DNA from: Pseudovirgaria hyperparasitica
Lineage: Eukaryota
Assembly: GCA_010093815.1 (NCBI GenBank)
Contig: ML996578.1
Reading direction: 5' to 3' (one strand)
Length of the DNA stretch: 64,000 nucleotides
Below the pieces are notes generated by a model. That model made no database searches, was not told the origin of the DNA, and was given only the letters and a program-made list of their open reading frames with translations. Shown in pieces: positions 13,571 to 25,600 of the stretch. Position numbers and translations under genes: made by a program. Every line of letters begins with the position of its first letter. Position 1 is the stretch's first letter.

Positions 13571-14572
13571 ATGGCCGACGCTGCACCCCCAGCCCGTGGA
13601 GGATTCGGAGACCGTGGACGTGGAGATCGTGGCCGTGGCCGTGGTCGTGGCCGTGGTCGCCGCGGAGGAGGCAAGTCTGAAGAGAAAGAATGGCAGCCGG
13701 TTACCAAGCTTGGCCGTCTGGTGAAGGCTGGCAAGATCAAGAGCATGGAGGAGATCTACCTACACAGTCTCCCCATCAAGGAGTACCAGATCGTGGATTT
13801 CTTCCTCCCCAAGCTCAAGGACGAGGTCATGAAGGTGCGTGAACAGTCTAGCAATATTCCAGCACCCGGCAGTCAAGACTACGTCAAATGTTGTTATACG
13901 CCAGAGTTGCATGTAGAGCGCGAACTATGCTCCATCAAGTTCAATGGGTTGAAGGACATGATTATTTGAATGCTGGCTTACTCAATTGCGTGAACAGATT
14001 AAGCCTGTACAGAAGCAAACCCGTGCTGGTCAGCGTACCCGCTTTAAGGCCATCGTTGTTATCGGTGACTCCGAAGGCCACATTGGTCTTGGTATCAAGA
14101 CATCCAAAGAAGTTGCCACTGCTATCCGCGCAGCTATCATCATCGCTAAGCTCGCTGTCGTCCCGATTCGAAGAGGTTACTGGGGTACCAACCTTGGTGA
14201 GCCACACTCTCTGCCAACCAAGGAGTCCGGCAAGTGTGGTTCCGTCACCGTCAGAGTAAGCAACCCGCCTCAACATATCATTGTGCGCCAATTCGGCATG
14301 CTAACATGAACCAGCTCATCCCTGCACCTCGTGGTACCGGTCTCGTCGCTTCACCCGCCGTCAAGCGTCTGCTTCAGCTCGCTGGTGTCCAAGACGCCTA
14401 CTCCGCCTCCTCCGGTTCGACCAAGACGCTTGAGAACACCCTTAAGGCTACCTTCGTCGCGGTCACAAACACATACGGTTTCCTTACTCCTAACCTATGG
14501 AAAGAGACCAAACTCTCACGCAGCCCGCTCGAGGAGTACAGTGATGTGTTGAGAGAAGGCAAGAGATATTAA
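13571..14572 (+). CDS. RPS2: 40S ribosomal protein uS5 (S2); coding introns 13835-13997 and 14256-14314; probable 5'UTR intron 13422-13529
   Basis: RGG-rich N-terminus, [31 protein letters not shown] and [12 protein letters not shown], with canonical splice signals. Confidence 0.97.
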
Positions 14573-15099
14573 GCGACAATAAAAGGAGTCACCGTTTCTT
14601 CTGGTATTGCATGTTGGAGGCGAGATGAAGGCAAATAGGTCTTATCTGGTCTCTGGGAGAGCTGTTTCTCTACCCTTAAAATAAGCTCGAAAGAATGCTA
14701 AATCCATACCGTTCATAATTTTGACTACCTGGTGCGCTATTGATTTCATGAAGAACAGGAAACTTTGCTTGTACTTTCGTCAACTGTGGCAGGTTGCTCT
14801 GGGAGGAATTGTCCCAAGTGCATTTGAGTCTCGACAGTCCGTAGTTCGCAAACCTAGGTGTGCGGTCAAGACGTTGTTCCATGTGAGGACGATCACGAGC
14901 AAGACTCTGCGTCCCATTCCGCTGACACTGCACATTGTATGCATATAGACATTCCCTCCTTCCGCAGCTAACACATGTGATACTCTCACCACGACCTCGC
15001 CTTCTGCTCACATCTCTCTATAACCTGCATCCTGTGGCCCTTGACGTGGCATTCCAGGCTCGTATTGGCCGTCTATCTCATATATGCCCCTGTTCACCG

Positions 15100-18050
15100 T
15101 AAACACACTTGTCAGCTGTACTAACCACCTGTGAATGGACAAGACGTAATTTTGTGGACATTAAGACGTTGCTACGCACTGAACTATCAATATAGACCGA
15201 TCATCCCTGAACCGGCCACTATGTGAAATACTACTATCACTACCAGTACACCAACAACCTCCTAGAGGCCAATCGATTACAGACTGTGCTTATGATTCCC
15301 ACAGGAACATTGCAACCAATCCACGGCTTATGAGCACCAACCCTAAGACACCCCTGAGCCCCGGTCCTGCGGCATATACCTTCCACGGCTTCGATCTGCC
15401 TTCATGAAAGTCACGCTGGGAAGGATGCCACATCACCAACATCTCATAGGAAATACATGATTTGTATTGAACAGGAATTGCCACCTCTAGGGCTGCAATT
15501 CGGATATTCTTTCCCCGTGCTACGACACTGCCCAAAGCACATCTCTGAAGCCTTCATCGCATACCACGATGAGATGGCTCTCTCCCAAAGAATTGCCTTT
15601 TTATTTCTCAGAACTGTACATTTATGCCCTTGTTAAGCCCTGACCATTTGTGCCCGTCCCTCGCGTTTCGTCGACGCCGTGTGTCAAACTTGCTCGACCC
15701 ACTTGCTCCCCCCTTTACCTCCACAAGCCTCAATCCTCGACGCCTGCTGCGAAGAAACCGGGAAGTTGTGATTCTTCTTGCTTGTGCATGATCGCTTTCT
15801 TCGGGATCTGTTTCGGATCCTTGCGAGTCGTCTGTGGCGCAGGATGCCCCAGATGAGGATTACGTAGATATAGAGTGTGGCGAGGACAATGACGCTTCTG
15901 AGAAGGATCAGGATCGGAGATGCGGGTCGAGCAGGTATGCTGAAGATTATCTGGGACTTCTCTGGAGGGTGGCGTTGGTGGTGGTAGGGGTAGAGATTGG
16001 GCGGCGACATTTTGGGTTGTGAGCACGAGTTGCCGTGGTTGTTTTGTCAGGTCGATGGGTAACTGGGGTATCAAGCTCAGAGATAATAATGTATGTTGAT
16101 GAACTGAAAACAAGGGTTTCACGGTTGTGAATAGGGAATACCGTGGCGGGTTGTTCGGCCAGACAAGTAAGCCGCCCGGCACTGAGTGAATGATCGGCCA
16201 CGAACAGCACTCTGGCAAGTGCTACACTTGTCACATACTATATGCCCTCATACTTTATTCTTAATCTTGGAATGATGTGTCTCGTCCTCCATATGCATAG
16301 GTGAATGCTCTATGATCCATGGTGCGTTTTCTAAAAATCTGCTCCTGGACTGTTATCTGTTCCTCTGTCTCACGGTATGGGTGAGAAGAACAGCGACGTG
16401 TGCTTGTTACAATTATACTAAGCAAGAACATATCGGTTATGAAACTACGGGAGCTCTGTGGGTTGTTCTCGCACTTGATGAGTATCTCACGGCTCACTAC
16501 ACGGAGAAGATGAGAGGACATGGTGCGGACATAAAAAGTGGATAGAGTCCAAGATCGAATATTTAGAAGCAAAAGCTGTTCAATTTATGGATGAGATACT
16601 TTGAATGATGTAAATAGGCTGTACATCTTGCGTTGTGACAGTCTTTGTATCTGATGAAGGAATCCGACTGTCTTTCGCCGCATCATGACAAACGTTTAAG
16701 CATCTGATCCTTTCGCCCAATCACCAGCGCGCACCTGATCGTATCATATATACACAGGACGTGGAGTCGCGTTGGGTCTTCTCATTCATAGTGATGATAG
16801 GCGTGTAGTAGCAGTAAAGTGCTAAGCAGAGTCTGGGAACGACATGTGTTGAGTCAACAACGAAGAGCGCGACTATGCCGAAATTCATGGTAGTATGTAG
16901 TAGACGGGAAACAGTAGCTTCGAGAGCGACACTGCATATGTTACCTCATATGGATACAGGGTAGGAACAAGGGCATCCTTGGGCGAGAGAATTTTGAGGG
17001 AATATGAGCTTTATCGAGAGTGATGCATGTTAGAGGGAGGAGTGTCTCGGCTCTCGAGACATGAACGAAAACCAACAAGTTCAGATATGCCTACCACCAT
17101 ATGACCATGGAAAGGGGCCGACGCGGAGGGAGATAAGGAAGTGAAGTTTCCACGTCGCAAAAAACCGAAGTAGTCAACATTAGAAACGGCTCGTTCGAGA
17201 GACAACCTGGGACGAAACTATTTGGAGATAAGGCTGAAAAATGCGCATGTTCATAGAGCTGTGTAAAAAAAGTCGAGCTACAATGGCTAATGTCACCTAT
17301 TTTCACATTGTTCAGCTCACCCCCCCCCCCTAATGTACGTGTCAAACAAAGTCACCCTTTCATCCCAACCCTTTATAAACGATCCAACTTTGAGTTCTTC
17401 CAGTTCTCACACTTCGGAGCCATAGTCTAGTGGTGCCACAACGTGAAAAAAAACTCAGTTCGTCTGGTTTCTCAAGTATCTCCCGGTTCAAGCCTCGAGT
17501 TATGAGTTTTTGTTTTGCGTTTCTGTTCGCGATTTTTGTTGGACGTCTTCTGATCTAGCCCGGGTTTAGTCTGGGACAACTTTCATTTTGCGTGCATTGT
17601 CACTCGTCCTGGTGTTATGCAGGCGAGTGTAGAACTCTGATATTCTCTCGCACATATGATTTTAGCTTTTAGGATGATTATTTCTCCACTTCGATTCCTC
17701 AATCTGAGCACGAGAGGCACGGTTGGGTCAGAAATCAGCAGCCGAAACGTGATGATGTGTCCGTTGAGTCCGTGACATGCGGTAACTTCGGCACTTAGAA
17801 TTCACTTCACACTTTACCAGCCTGGTCCTAAGAGTCACTAAACCTCGCATGTTCTGTTATACAGGCCTTTATATACTGAAGCAAACAACTGTGTTCGTTC
17901 ACATGCTCTCTGACGGTTTTCGGGGGGATGGCCAAGTCGTAGTACTGGTTGTCTCCTGGCAGTGCCACTTCGGATGTCATCCTGGAGGAAGTGAGTCCAG
18001 ATCTCACCTCGTAAACGTCGGTTTTTGGATTCTTTCCGGATTTGGCGATA
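15100..18050 (+). ncRNA. Putative telomerase RNA (TER); both ends approximate
   Basis: Template-like AACCCTAA at 15339-15346 lies one base after a 10-bp helix (15286-15295/15328-15337). Many nested long-range helices contain G:U pairs that favour the + strand. There is no credible protein ORF, and the locus is next to TAD3. Confidence 0.8.
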
Positions 18051-18176
18051 GTAAGTCCTGACGCCGTATTGTCGTTCTGGATACTCTTTTCCCGCATCTA
18101 TTGCTTCTTTATCACGCCTTTACATCACGATGCACGAGGCTGGCTACAAACAGAGCTCACGCAGAATGTACAAGTA

Positions 18177-19535
18177 TCAAACATGAAATTGGTCCGCTAT
18201 ATCCAAGGAGTTGTCTTCTACTTCTATGGGCTCCCATATCCAAGCTAGCATTTTCCAATTCAGTTCGGCCGGTCTCCAGAAGATGCCGTACTTCAAACCG
18301 CTGTCGGCGATCATACCTCCTGTCAGAGGCATGCGTCTCTGGAAGACAATACGGCGAAAACGGGAGTGTAAAATCGCCATGGAGCACATTACACATGGCT
18401 CATGCGTAATGTAGATGTCTAAATCTGTACAGAGATATCCTCCAGCGGCGATGTTGTCGAGACTGTGTACACGTCTTTCGATGTCTCCAATCGGATAGTC
18501 CAGGAATACGCTCGAGTTTTTGGAACAGCTCGGCTGTTCTTGGCTTAAGCTGCCGTGTTTCGAGTGTAGAGCGTCTTGTTTGAGCTGCTCTGCTCGAAGC
18601 CGTTTCTGCGCAACCAGCGATATGGCTCGCTGGACGGCATGCACCATGACGTTACCAGCACCTTCCTTTGATCCCTGGCTTTGCCAGCGAGCATCAGCTG
18701 CTATAGCCACGACCTTTTCAACTTTATCGGTGCGATCTACAATCACGCAGCCAATTGGCAAGCTCGATCCATTCTCGTAAGCTTCGTTCGCGACACACTC
18801 TGCCAGTGTGAGAGCAGCACCAGAAGATTTGACAATTTCGGCTTCGTTGTGGAGTACCATGCTGGGATGCGGTCCATAAGGATTCGTATTCTTGTAAGAT
18901 ATTGGCCAGTATTGGACACTCCACTCGTCTGCTTGCTCACTGGAAGTTGGAGCATATGCTGGTACTGGAAGAGTAACCAAGACTAATGGGAATCCGGAAT
19001 CGGAGAACGGGGGCTGTGATGAGAGGGCGTTCGACAATATTCCCTCTGTAATCGATGATACCGGGCAGACGACGATGTATCGAATGTTTTCGAGGGTGTC
19101 GAATTGGTTCCCATTTGCGTCGCTGTAACCAGAGGCCATGCTAAACTTGTTCAACACATGGATCGTGAGGAAGTCGTATTTTGCAACACGCTTGATATGC
19201 TGTATGTCTATGGTATTCAGATCAGGGACGACCGCTCTGACCGTGCTGCCGAATGATCAACGAAACTGTGTTCAACAGTGTCATAGTGGCTTACTTTAGA
19301 ATTCTACTGGAGTATTGCGCTGGTACGGCTAGTGCATAGACATCTACTGCAGATTTCTGAATATAAGGCATTTACTTTTTGCAGAGCACTTACAAGTTTC
19401 TGATTTTGCTTTGACTTCGGCACGTGTTTTCAACATGCGTAAGGTTCCATCTTTGACTTGGACCGAACCAAGACTGCCTAATATGCTCACGGGGTCGCTG
19501 GGCAGAGCATTTTGCAGAATCTTTTCTTCGCCCAT
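18177..19535 (-). CDS. TAD3: tRNA-specific adenosine-34 deaminase subunit Tad3 (two short 5' introns)
   Basis: HAV pseudo-active site (Val replacing the catalytic Glu), YLCTDLDIYITHEPCVMCSMAILHSRF, LNWK. Upstream exons give MGEEK..KTRAE../DVYAL../IQHIKRV. Confidence 0.9.
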
Positions 19536-20329
19536 ATCATGATGCGGGTTCAGATGTCTGTTACTGTGCAAAAAAGCATGTAGCATGTACGAAACCTGGA
19601 AAGTATTAGCTAGAGCCTAACCTGACTGGGCCAAGTCTGCCAAGGAGATCTTTGAGGCTCTAGCAGACCATACCCGTAACGTGAGAACGTCAGACTAGAT
19701 TGACAGAGCCTGATTACGTCAATCCCTAGCTTTGCGTCAGAAGAAGCGCTCATCAGCCTCAAATTAGGCGAGTCAGCGGAGTCATGTTGGACGAGATTGA
19801 AAAGCCGGCCACAGATAAGCCAAGCCAACGGGCTTACCGACTCAGCGCCATCTCCATCTTCATTTTGTGGGGTCGGGTAAATGAGCATAGGCAGGCTAAC
19901 TCCAACTCCCGGCGTCTCTTCGTATCAATCCCACGCCCGTACCAATGCGATCGCACTCTGGTTGGTGGCTCGCCCGGCGCAGCTATCTCTGAGCCCAGGC
20001 GTAGGGCTTGAGTCGAGACTCGGGAGCTAACACCTGGACGGAATCACCAAATTCTTTCAAGACTACATGTATCCCTTAGTGTCGCGCGTTGATCGTCGTT
20101 GTTAGTGCTCGCCATTCTCGTACAAAAGATTCGAAGTTTAACCAGAATCATTACCATCTGTTGCGCGGTTTTTACTGAGGTATGTGCGGTCTACCGTCTC
20201 ATGCAGGACGCGATTAAGATCTAAACAATAAGCACGCGATAGTAGAATCAGACTGACCCTGAACAGCCTGGCCCATCTATGTTGCGATAGTAGACGTATT
20301 AAATTTTACGGGCAGTTCAGGCAATTAGC

Positions 20330-22056
20330 ATGGCGTCACACGAGGACCTAGGCCACATGGCCACAAGAAAGAGCTCCGTTGGCAACAAAGGTGTTGTCGA
20401 TACTCAAGCTGATGCTGCTTTGGCGAAAATGGGATACTCTGCCGAATTGCCTCGAACCTTGAGCATGACGAGTATCCTTGGACTGTAAGTTTTACCTATC
20501 TTAAAATGGACCAGGCCAACACTCATGTGCGCAACAGCTCATTTGCAATCATGGCCGTACCTTTTGGACTTAGTACGACTATGTATATCACTCTAACCGA
20601 CGGACAATCTGTCACTATCCTTTGGGGCTGGGTCATTGTCTCATTGATCTCCCTCTGTATCGCCGCATCCTTGGCTGAGATTTGCGCCGTGTATCCTACT
20701 GCTGGAGGTGTTTATTACTGGAGTGCCATGCTTGCTACCAAAGAATGGGCCCCTATTGCATCCTGGATTACTGGTTGGCTGACTCTGGTCGGCAACTGGA
20801 CTGTCACGACCAGCATTAACTTCTCGGGTGCGCAACTCATTCTATCGGCCATAACTCTATGGAACGAAGACTTTGTGGCAAATCAATATCAGACCGTGCT
20901 CATGTTCTGGGCCGTAATGCTGATATGTATGTGTGTTAACATTTTTGGAGCAAGATATCTGGACCTTATCAACAAGATCTGTATCTACTGGACTGCGGCG
21001 AGTGTGATTATCATTATGATAACACTTCTAACAATGGCCGATACCCGGAGAAGCGGAAAGTTTGTTTTCACTCATTACGATGCTTCTAAGAGCGGATGGT
21101 AAGTTTCATACAGGCCATAAGATTGAAGGCCGATGCTAATACATTACAGGCCTCCCGGGTGGGCGTTCTTCGTAGGACTACTGCAAGCGGGCTATACTCT
21201 TACTGGATATGGAATGGTCTGCTCCATGTGCGAAGACGTTCAAAACCCGCAACGAGAAGTCCCGAAGGCCATCGTACTTTCGGTCGCCGCTGCTGGTGTG
21301 ACAGGAGTTATATATCTCATTCCAATTCTGTTCGTACTGCCCGATGTTCAGATGCTCCTTGATGTGGCCAATGGTCAGCCAATCGGTTTGCTTTTCAAGA
21401 CTGTGACTGGATCTGCCGCAGGTGGTTTCGGTCTTCTCTTCCTCATTCTTGGTATCCTCTTCTTTGCTGGAACTGGTGCTCTTACGGCGGCTTCACGATG
21501 CACTTATGCTTTTGCTAGAGATGGAGCCATTCCTGGATACGGCCTCTGGAAGCGGGTCGACAAACGTTTCGATATCCCACTTTGGGGTCTCGTGCTTTCG
21601 ACCGTAGTAGACTGTCTCCTGGGACTCATATACTTTGGCTCTTCGGCCGCGTTCAATTCGTTCACCGGTGTTGCAACTATTTGCCTAAGTACTTCCTACG
21701 GTCTTCCAATTCTAGTGAGCATTATACGAGGGCGCAAGGCAGTCAAGAATTCTACATTCTCGTTGGGCAAGTTCGGTTTCGCTATCAATGTTTTCACTCT
21801 ATGCTGGATCAGTCTTGCCATCGTGTTGTTTTGCATGCCAGTCAGTCTCCCAGTTGAAGCGGCAACTATGAATTATGCAAGCGTTGTATTCGCTGGCTTT
21901 GCAGCTATCTCAATGGCTTGGTACTTCATCCATGGCCGAAAATCGTTTGATGGGCCACCGGTCCCGATAGATGTAGATCCAAGCGAGATAGCAGTGGTAA
22001 AAGGTATGACGCCTGTGCAGAGTAGCGGCGAGCACGACCCTATCAAAACAGCGTGA
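20330..22056 (+). CDS. APC-family amino acid/polyamine (GABA/choline, UGA4/TPO5-like) permease; introns about 20485-20536 and 21099-21149
   Basis: MGYSAELPR, SFAIMAVPFGL, SLAEICAVYPTAGGVYYWS, ASRCTYAFARDGAIP, MNYASVV and about 12 hydrophobic segments. Confidence 0.9.
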
Positions 22057-22631
22057 TGAAGGATTGTATATAGTATATACTCGTACTTTAAGCGCTTGTC
22101 AAATACTTCTTCTCTTGACAGGCGGGAAACATAAGTGTCTAATTGTGTGTTCCAGTCTTCCTGAGTTTTACCATTCCCAGCATGTAGTAGTGCAGTCTAT
22201 AACTACGTATCCCATGGGTTATATAGACTAGATACATGATGTTAAGTATGCAATTGAGGCACTGTAGAGGCGTACGGCCTAACCAGTACAGCTCTAGGTT
22301 TGTACACACCTCAGGCCATATTACTCAGGCCTGAGCTCATACTACTACTATTTTATCACCAAAAGATATGTGGTGTTATCTATATATTAAGTATAGTCAC
22401 AATTCTAGGCGAATTTGTAAGGTACTCCTTATCTACAGAATTCACTTTGTAGTAATCCTATGGATCTGTGCTCGTGTGGCGCACCATAGCCCCGCCACAT
22501 CTCTAAACAGTAACCTCACTTTATAACTGGTAATCAAACTTCACCTAAAAACCCTTCAAACTTTGCCAGCGACCACAACACATGCGGCACAGAACTACGA
22601 TATCCAATCCCATGGGACGTTGTTGCCCTTC

Positions 22632-25600
22632 ATGGCAAAGTAAGGCTTTCCTTTCACACACGCAACGTGTGTGACGCGTGAGTTTCTGTACGCGTCACTG
22701 ACAAGGTCCTAAAGCACTGTGAGAATCGACTTGACCTCAGTTCCCGACGAACAGACGACAACCACTTCCATAGCGCGCGAAGGAGTGCTTATCACCCCTT
22801 CTCGAGCCTCGAAGCCTCCAAATCGGGTATCCATTCACACCCCTGTCTCTCCTCCACGCCAAACCGCGTATAAGTCAAACAAGCACGAGCCCACCACAAC
22901 GAGTAAAAGTTCGAAGAATCCTACGGGCTCTAACGCACACTCCCAATCACCATACTCATCTTCCGCGCGTCAAACGGCAGGACCTCACGCTAAGAACCCG
23001 GTAGATCACTCAGTGAAGAGAAGGGTTACCTCGACGAGTCTTATAAGTCCACCAGGAAATGAGGCTCGACGGACGAGTGATCTGGCATTTCAGGTGTATA
23101 AAAAGGAGCAGCTTTCACCTGCAGTTCTGTTAGACGGCCGACAAGTAGCAAGTCCGGAAAACTCGGTACCGCTGTCTAAACAAACTGCCAAGCGCGGTCC
23201 AGTGTCGTACCGGTCACGTTCATGCATTGAGACGGAAAGCGAAGTTTCTATAAATTCGAACAATGACAGTAGCGAACTCAGGGAGTCCTCGATGTCTTCA
23301 CCTACTTCGCCAACGAGCGAAGATCTACTAAAGATGTTCAATGTCCGGACGGACGTGACACGCAGCAAGTCTCCTTCTGCGGATGCCCAGCCTACATTAG
23401 ATCCTCTCACAGCACATACCGGTCGATTCGGAAGTAGAAACGATGGGCTATCTCGAAAACGAGCTTCGATGGAAGCTGCGGATAATGAGCCTGTGCCAAA
23501 GAGAATGCATCACTTGAATTCGTACAGGTCCTCTGGGCCTAATAATGCCACACACCAAGATGATCTCCGCATCCTAGACCCGGTTACAGCCAGATTTCCT
23601 AGTAATCGCAATGTAACAGAGAACGTGGAGCCTTCGAGGGCACCTTCATCTCGACTTGAGTCTCGAACTCCACTCAACTTGAATGTTAAGAGCCTGATGA
23701 GGGAGCAGGTCAGTCAAGGACTTACGTTGCATAAACCAGAGCTCAATCGTAGCAATTCTTCGCGACTCAATCACAGAACAGTAATACCTTCTATTGGTAA
23801 TCCGGTTCCACAGGCAACACGTAATGTATCGATGGAGCGGGTAATTCCAATCGCAGAATATCGAGACAAATTTACACGCGAAGACTGTGTGAACATTGTG
23901 TATCTCAAAGAAGTGAAAGGCTTCAGATGGTCTGAAATCCAAAAATATTTCCCCTTTCGAACATTTGGAACTCTGCAGAGCAAATACTGCAAAGAACTAA
24001 AGTACAAGAGCGCTGAGCTACTGAAAACTATTTCAGAGGGCCCGCAAGTTGAGAATTACGTCAATGAGACCCGTGATCGGCGACCCAAGAGGACAAAGGA
24101 GCAATTGCCAACGGACAAAGAAACTGAGATAGATAGCTACGAAACGTTGCGGCAAACGGAAATGCCACAGGCTAGCATTGCGCGTCCAAAGCGCCTCAGA
24201 CAAATTGAAGCACCAGTCGTCGTGGATGCTATGCAAGCAGACGCACCCGATTGGTCTGGGGAAGAGATTGATATCGATATAATTGATTCTATACCTGTTC
24301 ATACTCATAGGCGCATGGACCTCAACCCCACAAATCATGTGCGGTCCAAATGTCATGACCAGGACTGCGATTGCGACGCAAACTGCGACTACGACCCGGA
24401 CCTGACTTTAGTGTCTGTCCCAGGAATGCGGATGAGCAAATGTGGGAAATTTGGTTATCTTCCAACACGCACGAACGATCTACCAGACCCGACGGTCGTT
24501 ACTGGTCATCACACAGAAGCTGTAGTTCAGACTGTCTATCGACCTTATCTGCCGCACGATGAACGACAAGTTGTTCGCAGGTCGCGCAAAAGATCCGCCG
24601 AGAGTCCTTGGAGTAGTGATACCTTGCACGAAGATTTTTACGACGATGAACTCAAAGCTCTTGAGAACGGTGTGGCTGAGCTATGTTCGTACTCAGGAAA
24701 TCTGAAGACTGCAAGGATACTCCGTCTAAGCCGTAGCCTTCGCGGCGTAGCTGACGACGTTATCTGCTCACTTGTTCACAAGGTTAAGAAGGACCCGTCC
24801 CTACGAAGTCGAACAACGCGATCGATAGAGTGCTGTCTTCGAGACCTTCGCGACAACCTTTACAACTACTCTCCAACTGTTGAAAGACTTTCGATTATCC
24901 AGAAACCGGCTGTGACAATCAACAGGCTTCGCTCGTTCGTGCGACAGCGCGAGCTAGGCCACGTTGGCCGAAGGAACATTATGCCCCCTACCAGTGTGTT
25001 AACGAAAGGGGTCAGAAATCTCGCGGTTGATACGTTGAGCGTCACGACATCTTTCACTGGGCTTGGAAGTGATGTGAATGTAGTGGCATGGGACCCGGAG
25101 GGTACCTACTTCGCCGCTGGAGCCGTTTGTACCTCGGATCCTTCATCAATGCAGTATAACCGGCCTCTAAATCTCCTTCTTGGAAGCATGGAGCACAAAA
25201 CACTGCGAGAACTTCCTGATCACCATACCTTGAGACAGAGGACCGAGCAAGGAGCAAATTCTACCCACGCCATGTATGCCTCCCAGGATCCGAGGCTCTT
25301 TTCTACAATCTCAGGACTCGATTTCTCCGCAAATGGAAAGTGGATGTACTCTTCTGGGTATGACAAAAAGTTCCGGATTTGGGACGTTCACGCCAAAGAT
25401 GCACATCCGTGCCAGCTGATCATGGAAGCTAAGGAGAGGATCGACCTGATTGCACGGCATCCTCGTGAAAACCTTGTTGCCACGGGAAGCCACCGCACTG
25501 CTAAATCCATCAAAGTCATCCAGCATACTGATCAACCGTCAAGTGAAAGTTTGGTCAAATACAGCTTTGCTTCTCCACGAGCCATAGAGAAACCCAAGAT

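Noticed and set aside
15684..16010. 108-aa ORF on the - strand with a hydrophobic stretch, plus other short ORFs in 15290-17345
   Set aside because: No recognisable family; it lies antisense to the long helical arm of the candidate TER and is best explained as a chance ORF.
16651..16708. C/D snoRNA-like box pair (TGATGA...CTGA)
   Set aside because: Too short, no convincing rRNA-antisense guide recognised, and the boxes fall inside long-range helices of the larger RNA.
17531..17539. GATTTTTG as Sm site marking the RNA 3' end
   Set aside because: It pairs with GTCAAACAAAGTC near 17341, no donor site follows, and nested helices continue to about 17900.
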